A stretch of DNA of 52,222 nt, filler included, from Catajapyx aquilonaris (lineage: Eukaryota), in assembly GCA_000934665.2 (NCBI GenBank). It is 2 parts of 2 records of this genome, joined end to end, with 100 filler letters (N's around TTAATTAATTAA, not from the genome) between each part and the next. Parts side by side here need not be neighbours in the genome. Positions count along the whole stretch, not along the records: positions 1 to 25,967 come from JYFJ02005278.1; 1 more part is not named here. One strand, given 5' to 3'. The first letter of the stretch is position 1; each line of letters begins with the position of its first letter. Shown one piece after another: positions 11,301-21,700 of this stretch. The notes beneath the pieces are model-generated. The model searched no databases and was not told the DNA's origin. It saw only the letters and a program-made list of their open reading frames with translations. The translations under genes and the position numbers were made by a program.

Positions 11301-14300
11301 GGTGCCCAGATAAAATGGGACAATGCAGAAAACCCTGAATTTTCATACTACAATGGAATGAATAGGTCACGGAGAAGTGTGATTATTATAAGTCATAACC
11401 CATATGACCAAAGTTACGAGCTGGGGGACTCACCAAGTCATGGCTCCTGTGATTGTGACCTTAACAAAATGACAGGAGTTGAGGAAGGGGAGGGAAGTGG
11501 AAGAGATAGTAATCAGATCAAAGTGGCCTGCCAATACACTAAAATCACAATAAACATAGCCATATCTCTGCCACATCAAATCTTGCTCTTTTTTTTTCTT
11601 TTGGCTCTGCAAAGTCACACCCCCAAAAAAGAGCACAAGTTGCTTCAACATAGCATGGGAAACAGAAGGATTGGTTTCATAGAGAGACAGCTGCCATGCA
11701 AATGTTAGTAATAATGTTTCAACAGAGATGGATGTTGTGGGCATGAAACAAGTGCAAATGATTGGAATCTGGGATAAGGAGCAAAGGTGCACATAGAAAT
11801 TGTCAAATTCACAAAAATTCATCCTATCACTCATCATCATCCGCAAAAAGAGAAAAGCAAGAAATCTGCAACAATGCAATCAGAGCTCTGTGAAGCTCAG
11901 AACATACTGATATGAAAGAGCAAATAAAAATTCTATAATTCAGGCAAAAACATTGCATTCTGCAGTAATTTATCATTAGATTGCATTTTTATATAGCTGA
12001 CATTGACTTCAGTGTCAATTAACACAAATTGACTTATTTAAAATTAACAAAGAATCTAGTAGATTGAAAGATATGTCAGGAATATATATCAATTGATATT
12101 AAAATAATGGACTTGCCTCATAGAACAGCCAGGCACTGAAGATGACTTGAGCGAAGTTGTAAAAGACGAGGAAGTTGCGCATTTCAATAGGTGGGCGGTT
12201 CTTCATCAGCCGTGGGCCTACGACTTTCACTGTGTACACGTAACTTAAACATATGGCCATCGTGGGCCATGGGGAGTCCATGAACAGCCATCCATCCACA
12301 CGTGGATCTGACAATGAAACAGCATCACAGAACCATTCAACCAATCAGTATCATTCTACCCTGTTAGAGGTCCCCTATTTGTTGAGTCCACTGTGGCTGT
12401 GTGACCCACCATGGTACACTTAAATCGGTTAGCCCAATTCATCAACACATTAAATGCAGATTTTGACATTTTACTTAGTTCCACATGGGATTTATGTCCT
12501 AAGGGGTTGCACTGACACAAATCCCTAACAGGAAACCCTCTATGGGCTGGTTGCACCACTTGAAGCAGAAGAGTTTCCCTGTTACCAATTGTTCGCAACA
12601 AATATCCTGAATTACCTAACAAGTATGAACTCTTCGGGAAGGAGAACGGAACTCAATTATACAGCACATCCAACAAGCATAATTTTTTCCTCGTTATTAA
12701 TTTTTTTCTTTTGTGGGCAACTATTAGCAAGTAAGAGAAGCCTATGGTTATTGATACATTTATGACAGTTCTCCCCAACCCTGCAAATGATATGCAGAAC
12801 TATTCAATGATAACAGTAAAGGGACTTGTATGCAAAATGGATGTACTATTTGCATAACTGCTCTCGTCCAGTCATTTACACTTATACCACCACCATTTGT
12901 GTGAGAGCAACCTGGAAGTGTTGATGACTTGGTTACTTGGTGCAATACTTCAAACTCACAAGAGCCTATTGCAAGCAAGAGCAAGCCTTTGTGCATGATA
13001 TACAGTATGCTCATAAAGAATGGTATGACTTTATGGACGAAATGCTTATCCTGTTCCCAACCCCTCAGTCGCCAGCATGTTTTTTAGGGTATTGGGAAAG
13101 GCCGGGAAAAGGGAATAAAAACAAGGAAAAAGAGAGTAAAAGAAAAATGGCAAAGAATGAAAATTTCATGAGGGAAATTCATCTTAACTCTATGTAAGGT
13201 TGGGAACCACTGCTGGACAGTCAAGATACACATTTAGCCATAGAGTTATACCATTCTTGATGAGTAGTACTCTACACTACAGCTGGTCCATGAGCTGGTC
13301 CAACAAGTCACACAGATATGTGTGATATTACAACACTGCAGCCCTAAATGGGTGCATCAGGCCTGTACATTTCTTCCTTGAGGGAAGAGGATCACGTGAA
13401 GGTCACCCTTTACCACCATAGCCAACCAAACAGGTAATTTCATAAGCTTCCCTCAACCAACAGGGCAGAAAAAGACATGTGCATTGTATAACGTTTACTA
13501 TCAGGTAAATGAAAAATCCTAAATCAGTGTCCCTGAGCCACTGGACCAGCTATGCAGTCACTGCCATAGCTGCCCCCCATAGATATTAATAAAAGGCTTT
13601 AATAAAGCCTTTAATATCCATGCTGCCCCCATGAAGTATGTAACACATATACCAGAATGGGGAAGAGTTTTGATTTATTAACAGCTATTCTCATGTAGCT
13701 GAAAAATCAGCAGATTCTAACACAAATGCGCTGTGAATAACAAGTTAAATGCATGACATTCGCTATTTTCCAGAGGCACTTTGTATTCATTCTATCTTCA
13801 TGCAAAGTGACATTTCCTCCACATAGTATTTTCCATTTATAACTTATTTGGACACTATACAGCCTGTCCTAAAATGATTAATTTCTCAAAAAGATTGTGC
13901 CTAGCTTAATAAACTGTTTCACATACTGGAAAACTCAACAAGCAATATCAAAGAATAATACAAAGGGTCCCACTCCCAGGTGATTGTTATCATTACTCAT
14001 CATTACATGCAATCATATTTCATCAGGGAGCATTGGAGCCTACTCAAGAATGTGTGACTACACGATAATGAGTACACCTGATTATGTAAAGGCAACCCCT
14101 TGAATAAATGCACAACAAGTCAAAAAGCAATCTGTCAATGTTGTAGGGGTTTGACTAGTTTAGCGGGATGGGGTAGCGAAGGTTGATCACCTTGCTCCTT
14201 GACTTATCAGTTAAGTCATTCTGCTCATTCTATTGAGTTATCAGTTCCTTCTCTCTGGCTCGTGGCCCTTGCAGTGTTAGCTCATGAATCTGTTACAGTT

Positions 14301-15046
14301 GTTTTCTCTCACATTAGGGCTCCAAGACCCTACTTAATTAGTTCTTGTGGATGGGGCTACTCAAAAAAAGATGCATGTTGCCTGCTACTGACAGTGAGGT
14401 GACATCCTTCACATGTTGAAGAATTGGAAACAAGCTTCCAAGAAAATAAAATACAATGGCAAGCAATGTAATAAAATCACCAACAATGACAATGGTGGAA
14501 CAGGACCATGGCCACATGAGTAATATGGGTGGTGTTCATTCAGAAATCTGACAGTATCTTATTAACATACCATGAGTATCTTTATTGCTTGTTCACCACT
14601 TGCATTTCTGCTGAGCAGCATAAACCACTGCAAAGATATCACTCTCGTCATCTAATGCTTTTTCATTTAGCAGTTTCCCTCAGGAGCATGCATACTGATA
14701 TACATTGATAACATTGCTTTTCAGTCAAGGGAGCCGAGTCAGAGCAAACATAGCGCATTCCATAAGAGGTCCTTATGACTGGTTATATGGACAGAAAATA
14801 AAGAATGAGCTGGATTTCTTTTCCTAGATATCAATCATGCAACTGACCCATAGCTAGTAAAGGTACAGGTGGACCCAATTCATAACTTCATCAGCCACCC
14901 CATTAGGGCAGTACATTGTGGAATCAAGGTAACAAGTCCCTGTTAAATATTTTTAAGAAGGAAATGCCCTCACCTCGCCTGTTCACGAGAATTTCATTGT
15001 ATCCATCAACTATGCTCCTGATAACTGAAGTCATGTTCGCAGTCAT
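2121..15046 (-). CDS. ELOVL: Gene A: fatty acid elongase, ELOVL1/7-like (AAEL008004-type), multi-exon, 349 aa
   Basis: Spliced exons 15046-14974, 12307-12117, [10008-9928 or 6992-6912], 6085-6029, 5949-5844, 5764-5628, 5544-5386, 2366-2121 give 1050 nt in one open frame. Motifs: SKFTEFFDT (KxxExxDT), LHVIHH (HxxHH), NTFVHVVMYLYY, KYLWWKRYLTTFQ. Confidence 0.95.
3611..4016. mobile_element. MITE with ~120-bp TIRs and TTAA target duplication (Kolobok-like termini)
   Basis: TTAA|AGGGACACTCCACTCAAAAAACAAGTTTG...CAAACTTGTTTTTTGAGTGGAGTATCCCT|TTAA. Purine (AG) start with TTAA fits Kolobok rather than piggyBac (CC start). Confidence 0.85.
4279..4353 (-). CDS. Gene A candidate cassette exon (GGTIRSAIRIISRLLCFNTSPDIYE), 75 nt
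   Basis: GTTCTTTTAG acceptor, GAG|GTAAAT donor, phase 0/0, open frame matching exons 7 and 8; CpGs retained in an otherwise depleted intron. No homology evidence. Confidence 0.45.
5386..5544 (-). CDS. ELOVL: Gene A exon 7 (VQFVCIITHAFQLLFVECNYP...FYRKAYYRRPKK), 159 nt
   Basis: AG/GT flanks; same length as exon 7 of gene B. Confidence 0.95.
5628..5764 (-). CDS. ELOVL: Gene A exon 6 (GHSTFFGLLNTFVHVVMYLYY...KYLWWKRYLTTFQM), 137 nt
   Basis: AG/GT flanks; NxxxHxxMYxYY and TxxQ motifs. Confidence 0.95.
5844..5949 (-). CDS. ELOVL: Gene A exon 5 (FFFTMRKKFQHVSHLHVIHHGIMPMSVWFGVKFTP/G), 106 nt
   Basis: AG/GT flanks; catalytic HxxHH box. Confidence 0.95.
6029..6085 (-). CDS. ELOVL: Gene A exon 4 (MVHACWWYYFSKFTEFFDT), 57 nt
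   Basis: AG/GT flanks; KxxExxDT motif. Confidence 0.95.
6912..6992 (-). CDS. ELOVL: Gene A alternative exon 3b ([27 protein letters not shown]), 81 nt
   Basis: TTTCAG acceptor, AGG|GTGAGT donor, phase 0/0; same motif as exon 3a. Confidence 0.92.
9928..10008 (-). CDS. ELOVL: Gene A alternative exon 3a (YGRGGWFHGYSFVCQPVDYSNSDMAIR), 81 nt
   Basis: TTGCAG acceptor, AGG|GTGAGT donor, phase 0/0, 27 codons without a stop; carries the GW-x3-YS-x2-CQP-x-DYSN motif homologous to exon 3 of all three genes. Confidence 0.9.
12117..12307 (-). CDS. ELOVL: Gene A exon 2 (DPRVDGWLFMDSPWPT...FSAWLFYE), 191 nt
   Basis: Same length as exon 2 of genes B and C; ends GAG|GCAAGT (GC donor). Confidence 0.95.
13578..13622. 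mobile_element. 45-bp palindromic insertion with 8-bp TSD (P-element-like ends or footprint)
   Basis: CTGCCCCC|CATAGATATTAA...TTAATATCCATG|CTGCCCCC. Confidence 0.75.
14974..15046 (-). CDS. ELOVL: Gene A coding exon 1 (MTANMTSVIRSIVDGYNEILVNRR/D)
   Basis: ATG at 15046 (second in-frame ATG at 15034); phase-1 donor G|GTGAGG; upstream acceptor TTCCAG at 15097-15098 implies a 5'UTR intron. Confidence 0.85.
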
Positions 15047-15593
15047 GTTCCTGCTGTGCTCCGTCACGTACTTGTCACGATGTAACTGCAGTTACTCTGG
15101 AAAGTAAAAGAAGGTTCAACTTAGTACATTTAGCCATTCCTAGACCTGTAGTATGATAATTATATTTTTCCCTTTCAGGCATGGCAGTTCTGATTGGCTA
15201 ACAAAATAATTACCAACTTGTCTGGTAGCACTTATCAATTATCTCAATACTTCCTTGTCTGATAAGATTAGGAAGCTGGCCGACAAGGCATCAGCTTTGA
15301 TTTGTACAACAAGCATCAAAAACAAAATAATATCACAACTGCACAAGATACTGAACTGTGTAGGCAAACACCACTATCCATTCAGCAATACCTCAGCCAC
15401 TGTACCAATACCAATGTTAGCCAAAGGTTGGCATAATCCATAAAAATAGGCCATTGCAATGAAAATTGTAATAAATCATGTAGCACAGTTTAGTCCAGAT
15501 GACGGGAATGACATGGGATATAATTTCTCTCCTCTTAGCATGTAATTTGGAGATCAGGAGACAACCTCCTTCCTAGCATTGTAGAAGTGTTTC

Positions 15594-15964
15594 CACGGGG
15601 TCCCAAAAGTCTCCAAACATAGAGAATGCCAATTTTAATGTGCTCAGTGTGGCGGGCTTCCCAAGTCAGGCACAGGTCAATGCACTGTTGCCAGTCTTGA
15701 CGCACATGTCAGATGATGGTGGCTAACCTCACCATTGACGTAAGTGTTGGCCTCGTCAGAGACGAGGATATCAACACCAAAGTTGTCCTGATCAAAGTGA
15801 TCTTGCATCCATTTGCAGAATTCAACACATCGGTCAAGACTGGTGGTAATGCATAATATATTGACCTGTGCCTGACTTCGGAAGGCTGCCACATTGAGCG
15901 AATTTGATGACATTTCTATTTTGAGATGACATTCCCTATGTTTAGAGACTTTTGGGACATCCTG
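15594..15964 (-). mobile_element. Internally deleted Tc1/mariner-superfamily transposon relic
   Basis: Degenerate TIRs (CAGGRTGTCCCAAAAGTCTCYAAACATAGRGAATG). The internal minus-strand peptide DRCVEFCKWMQDHFDQDNFGVDILVSDEANTYVNGEVS resembles the first catalytic-Asp region (ILFSDEAxFxxNGxVN) of Tc1/mariner transposases. Confidence 0.8.
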
Positions 15965-16059
15965 ATTACCACCTTCCAAAAGTTAGTACCCTTAGCTTTC
16001 AAAGTTTTTAAAAGTATTGTACATTTCACAAAACTCAACATGGTCATATGATTAGAAAA

Positions 16060-16320
16060 GGGCAGCACAAGCAGAGATCTTGAATGGCACAAGGCTCTGA
16101 GGCCCAAAAATTCAATACCTGGGTTGGACAGTGGAATTTATCATGCGGAAAGAGTTTCAATGTTCTCCCTATGTTCACAAGGGTTTTTTCTGGGTTCTCC
16201 CATTCCTTCCCACAATCAAAATCCATCAACAGCACAGTCAATGAATCAAGTCTGGCTATGTGAAAGCGGATCCTCTAAGAGGCCAGTCTTATCTTGTGGG
16301 TTACCCAATTAATTATTAAT
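16060..16320 (+). mobile_element. Decayed SINE with V-domain-like central region
   Basis: 16152-16227 (GAGTTTCAATGTTCTCCCTATGTTCACAAGGGTTTTTTCTGGGTTCTCCCATTCCTTCCCACAATCAAAA) resembles the V-SINE core as recalled from memory, with CpG decay; boundaries approximate. Confidence 0.5.
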
Positions 16321-16364
16321 TAGTCGCATGATCTTCAGCTGTCACAGCAAGCAAATGGCACGTC

Positions 16365-16391
16365 CATAGATATTAAAGAGCAATATCTATG
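16365..16391. mobile_element. 27-bp palindromic insertion with diverged 8-bp TSD (same ends as the 13578 element)
   Basis: GGCACGTC|CATAGATATTAAAGAGCAATATCTATG|GGAATGTC; TSD copies match 6/8. Confidence 0.65.
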
Positions 16392-17424
16392 GGAATGTCC
16401 ATCAAGACATTTTTAGAACTTGGGTATGTACAGCATTTTCGAAGTCTACGCAGAGCACTTTGGTTTCTCCTCTCTTTAATTAGTAATTTGTCCTACCCTT
16501 TCGCCTTTCTCCATGTACCTTAAACCTGGCCACCTTTTTTAGTACCTTAAAGGTTGCACTGTACATACTAGACAGTAGATATTTTGCAAGAGGTTCATGC
16601 TGTCATGCCTATAGGACTGATTATACCCCAGAAAATCTGGAAAATCACAGCTGCAAAACAGTCCAACAAAATGCACTGGCATTTTCCCAGCAATACAAAC
16701 TGCCACATGGCGTGACTGGCATCAGGTACAGACTGCCATTTGACTGACAAATTACTAAGTCAACTTTCAAAAATTCATGTTCAGCCTGAATTCAAATGTT
16801 GCAGTGTCATAAGTGTTAATTTAATCAGCACAATCCTGGACCTGGCATGGGCATTCATCTTTTCATATTGCCTACGATTCTTAATCCCAATGGCAATTTT
16901 TATGTCCACTATGAAGTGTGCAATAGTTCTGGTATGCAACTAGTCGTAAATCATGTACACCGATATTGAACTGGGTAGTAACAGCTTTTCTGTACATGCT
17001 ATCACCTGAACCTGCAGTGATCATCATTGCACCTTATCCTACATGACACCAGGGTTGTTTTGCAACTCTTCAAATTTGCACCCACCAAAATATTTAATTT
17101 CACACATTTACAGGGGTGGCACACTGCCCAAATCTCCAAGAGTGCGGTACACGGTTAACCCCAGCAACCTGTTGGAAGCCCCACTCAGGTCTGCACCGCC
17201 TAAGAACAGCTGTTGTGACTGTAGGGCAGTGTAGTGCACCTCCCTAGCACATACAGTCAATGAGGAAAGATACGGGCAGCCAGTCCAATAATTAGTAGCA
17301 GACATTCGTGCCACTAATAAGAGCCACCCGTTTTCCAGCAAACGTCAGCACCACGCTTGCATCCTGTCTGCCGGATCAAGGCTATCCACCCACCCGTGCA
17401 ATGCAGCTTATGACCACACCGTAC

Positions 17425-18070
17425 CTGTTCTATATCCTGGGGGTATGAGAGCCGGCTCGGATCAAGTGAGGGCGGGGGTGGGGTACAACAGAGCACACCA
17501 CCACTCTCACACACACACACGGAGTCAGCACGGCCGGTACAGCGTAGGGCACCGCATGGCACACTCCTCACTGGGGGGGGTACGGCACCGCGGGGTTGGG
17601 CAGACAGACAGACACACCGGCGAGGGAGCGAATAAGGGACGAAGGGAGGAAAAGGCGGCCGCCGAATGATATAACCTGGGCAGCAGCACACCGCGCCCAA
17701 CAAGCCGCCCGGAAGAACAAGGCCTGCCAACCTAACCAACCGAACGCCACACCCCAACCCCAACCCAGACTGGCCAACTTCTGCCCGGGTCTGTCTGCCC
17801 CGGGTCTGTGACTCTGGAGAGGGGGGATGACAAGGGAGCAGCCGGCAGGGTTGGGTAGAAGACTGGGGGAGAGGAGGAAAAAGGGCTGCCAGGGGGTCTG
17901 GCTGGCTGTCGTCGGGGTGGGGAGAAATGGGGGGAGGTACCAACCCTTGCAGCACATCCGCCCACGCTTCCCTCCCCGGGGCGGTTGCGCGGACAGACCC
18001 GCAGCTGCACCCACAGACACTACCCGGCACACTTTTTTAAGGCTGGACACACGTATCCGGCGGTACGTGG
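17425..18070 (-). promoter_or_regulatory. Candidate promoter and non-coding first exon of gene A (GC/CpG-rich; exon about 17667-17425)
   Basis: Abrupt GC/CpG-rich island; Inr-like TCATTC on the minus strand at 17669-17664; donor CAG|GTACGG at 17425; short uORF MRCPTLYRPC* at 17557-17525. Confidence 0.5.
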
Positions 18071-18513
18071 AAGAATAATACAATGGGGATGTCAACTGAT
18101 CAAACGGTGGGGGCGAGTTGTAGTACACGTGCAGTGGACCAGTAATGGCGACCGGCATGGGTGGGGCATACCCTGCATTTTGCTTTTGGAAATATTGGAC
18201 CACGTATTGGACGGACAATAGTCAGTGTCAGTACTCTGTAGCTTATCGAGAGAGAAACTGTTCTGGCTCAGGACTGAGCACGTAGAAAAAAAGGTCCGTA
18301 AATGCCACTTATTCGTAGGCATTCATTGTGCTGTCACTGTAGACGAAGAGGACAACGTACTGTTTGTGAATACTGATCTAAATTAATGGCGAGTTCTAAA
18401 TGACGTGCCAGGTATGATTTATGATAAAGACCAGTAGGGTGACTCCCTCCTTCTGGGATTAAATTATACAGTATTATTATCCTACCACAGTATGCAAAAT
18501 TACGATTCCTGTA

Positions 18514-18704
18514 CCGTCAACTGGGGTGGGATTATGCCAGCGCATTTTAGGACAACAGTGCGCCCTACCGCGAATTTTACTCAGAATTGCCCATCTTGAC
18601 CATATTTCAATGTAGTAAAACACACCTAAATTCCCTTGCTGCCAGGCGCACTGTGGTCCAAAAATGCGCTGGCACAAATCGCATAATCTCACCCCGTTTG
18701 ACGG
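18514..18704. mobile_element. 191-bp MITE with TA TSD (Tc1/mariner/pogo-like)
   Basis: TA|CCGTCAACTGGGGTGGGATTATGCCAGCGCATTTTAGGACAACAGTGCGCC...GGCGCACTGTGGTCCAAAAATGCGCTGGCACAAATCGCATAATCTCACCCCGTTTGACGG|TA. Confidence 0.85.
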
Positions 18705-21700
18705 TATAGTTTTTAACTTTGTATTTAACAGACTTAGTATGCCGTAAGTACGTGGTGCACTTCTGTGGAAATGTGCAATTATTGCGTATATTGGCGATTT
18801 CGTGGTGGGGCGATTACTCAACGACTTCTGAGATCCCGTGACGAATTTACTTGACCACGAGGTAAATCCATAATCGACCTTGAATCGCAGATATGATTTC
18901 GTGCATCATTGTTTTCTTCGCATTGCTCGTGACTTGCACATGTGTAGCTACTGTAAGGCGAGGATTCAGCGCAGCAGGAAATCCCAGAAGAATTAAAAAC
19001 AACAACAACCAATCTTGCGCGTGACTAATTTGCAGGCTACTCACACATAAGGTGAAAGTGCATAATTGCAGCATTCTCTCCGCAATTATTTTATCATCGC
19101 AATTTTTGCACCTCGAAATTGAGTAGAGTTGACTGATACGACGCGGTAACCCCTTTGGCGTTACTTGATTTATATTTATGTGCTGGTTGAGTATGTTGCG
19201 AGACTGTGGTATATCGAACGAGCCGTATATATACAGTATCGGTACCCGGTGCAAAATGGAACATGTGGCAAGGTCACGCAGGCCAATGAAATCTTTCAAA
19301 GAGCGGTGAAGGTTCTCATTTTACATGCTGTCTGCACCCTCTTGCGTACATACCTAACTCATAATAATTGCGTTCCTCGTGGGTGTAATATTGCAACCAG
19401 TATCCTAGTTCCCAGAAACAGGAAACAGCAAGAAACCACTGATTTATTGCATTCCTAGGGGGCCGCAAGTGCAGCTTTTTTTCGCAACACTTTTACCCGC
19501 TTTCACCGCGACAACTCCCAACCAACGACAATCCGAATTAATGATGGGTCCAATGATTGTTGAGAACACAAGCTCTCGAATGGGGAAACAACCGGAAAAG
19601 GGTGGGGTGGGGACACCGTCTGCATCGCTTGCCAAATTACGTCATGGCTGTATCTGAGTCAAGGCTGAGGTCCGCCGAGTGCTTGACTCAGTATTGCCTT
19701 ATTATTGCTTCTTATATAGCTCAGTTGCAATATTGATGATCATTCATGGACCTGTCAAGACAGGTGAATAGACCGAAGCCAAAAATGGGCTGCTGACATA
19801 GAAACCGAGTCGAGGGGCAAACGATCCTTTAAAATAATGTCCTAATTTCCAAAGGGCCCCTCGTGCAGCAGCTGCCGGGACAAATCAAGTTGCAAGGCTG
19901 GACCAGATGAAAGCAGGCCGCGTACCGGTACTCTTGAATTCTCGGCACGTCCCATGCAACCCACTGGCCCTCGTGATCGTCGGGGTCTCTCTCAGTGGCT
20001 CTCTTCTTCTCAGAATTCCTTCCGCCTCATAATCAAGTTTGAGGAACTTTACTTTGTTACGAAATTGCATGTTTAATTAGTAATTTGTACTGTATAATAT
20101 TATAGCGACGCAAATCAATGTGTGTGTACTTATCACGTGAACTTTTACGACTATATTGCTTCGAACGTGTGATCTAGCTCGGGGAGATGTGTACAGTATA
20201 CAGTTACATTGATGCAATAAAATTGTGCTGGCGCACTTCCGCGCGTGATGTAGGGTACTGGGTATCTGTACCAGATTGTTAAATCTACCGGTATGAGGAT
20301 GCGCTTCTGACATATTGGCTGACTTTGTTTTGCATTTTTGCGAGCAGGAAGATACAGTCCAGTTGTTTTGTAACCTACAAATGAATTATAGGACCTGCTT
20401 GACCACTTCTGGGGTTGCACATTTTAAGAACTTTTACATTGGGGTAGATCAGTTTAGGTAGCGGGAATAAGATGTCTGGCATGAATTCGAGAGCAAGGGC
20501 ATAAAATGCGTAACGTCAATGCTCTAACACGCATACATTGTTTTGATCAGTAAGATGTACAACGACTTTTTCTTCGGACAGAAGCTGTGCAAAAAATTGC
20601 CACAAACGTGGTTTCACAGTTATCGCCGAGTATAATGAACAGGAATCCACGAACAACACCTAAAGGATTGCCTAACGGGAACTTCGGTACGGAGGAAGTT
20701 CAGTATAGTCATTATAAAAAGGTATACCATGTCGTGCGCTTAATCTCTGGGCGGCCTCTGTAGAGTGTATACACTATATACAGTATCGTGTATGACAACT
20801 TGAGGAGGAAATAATGACTCTGTGCAATAAGTAATAAACAACTCGTTTCAACCGTGTCCTCCAGGTTTCTCGAATGAGAGAAAAAGAGGCCAAAAAAACA
20901 ACCCCTGCGCTTTTAGTGGCCGTCAGCTGAATCCTGGGAACAACTGACCTTCTCTAACAGTGGCCTAAGAGAAAATGACAGGTTCAACCAGAAAAGAGGA
21001 GGCGGCGGATGATGTAATAATGGAGGGAAATCATGTAACGAGGAAGTGGTGACTTAGGCTACATCCGAGGTGGTCCTATACGTGATGTGTGCACCGTGCG
21101 TTAATAATGCTATGTGCTGGCTGGCTCTTGCTTATTATGCCCTTTGACACGACGCTTATTGCAGATTTCTCACGACTTCAGCCCACCTTTCCGTTAACGG
21201 CGGCGATAAATTATTCGCCGGATTTCCTGACGAAAAAAGTGCGGTAGATTTGGTGATGCGATTTTAATTTTTCGTCAATGCTCGTCATCGATTTGGCGAA
21301 AAAGTACGCCAGCAGGTGACAGCTCCTATCACCTTATACCTTCAAGGCACGTTATGGAACAATCGCGTGCGTTTCGCCAGTCAGGGGAATCAGGGCATCA
21401 ATTAAACATCGGTGTCCGTTACATGCCGTATTTGCAGTGATCACGGTCCTGTTTCAATTGGCCGAGTGACTCTTTCGGTACGGGTGTTGACCCGGTATTC
21501 GCGGACTCTTGACTCATTCGGCACATTTCTTCGGCCACCCGTTGACAATAGACTATAATGAAGCGTGTTAAGGTTCAGTACCTCGCACAATATCAGAGGC
21601 GGATGGACGCTTCATGTCTGGTTGAGTACTTCCGTGAGTTCTGTGTTCTCTCTCAAGATAATCCTGATTAGATCTGCATCTGCACGAACGCCGTGTTTAC

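Noticed and set aside
12356..12413. Alternative first coding exon MVGHTATVDSTNRGPLTG just upstream of exon 2
   Set aside because: The only nearby GT gives phase 2, not the required phase 1, and an in-frame TAG follows.
12767..13213. hAT-like terminus GGTTGGGAACCACTG with a degenerate left end
   Set aside because: No matching 8-bp TSD, and the left terminus is too degenerate to define an element.
17314..18218. Long overlapping ORFs (238 aa, 216 aa and others)
   Set aside because: They are by-products of the GC-rich, stop-poor promoter island, with low-complexity Pro/Gly/Arg content and no recognisable domain.
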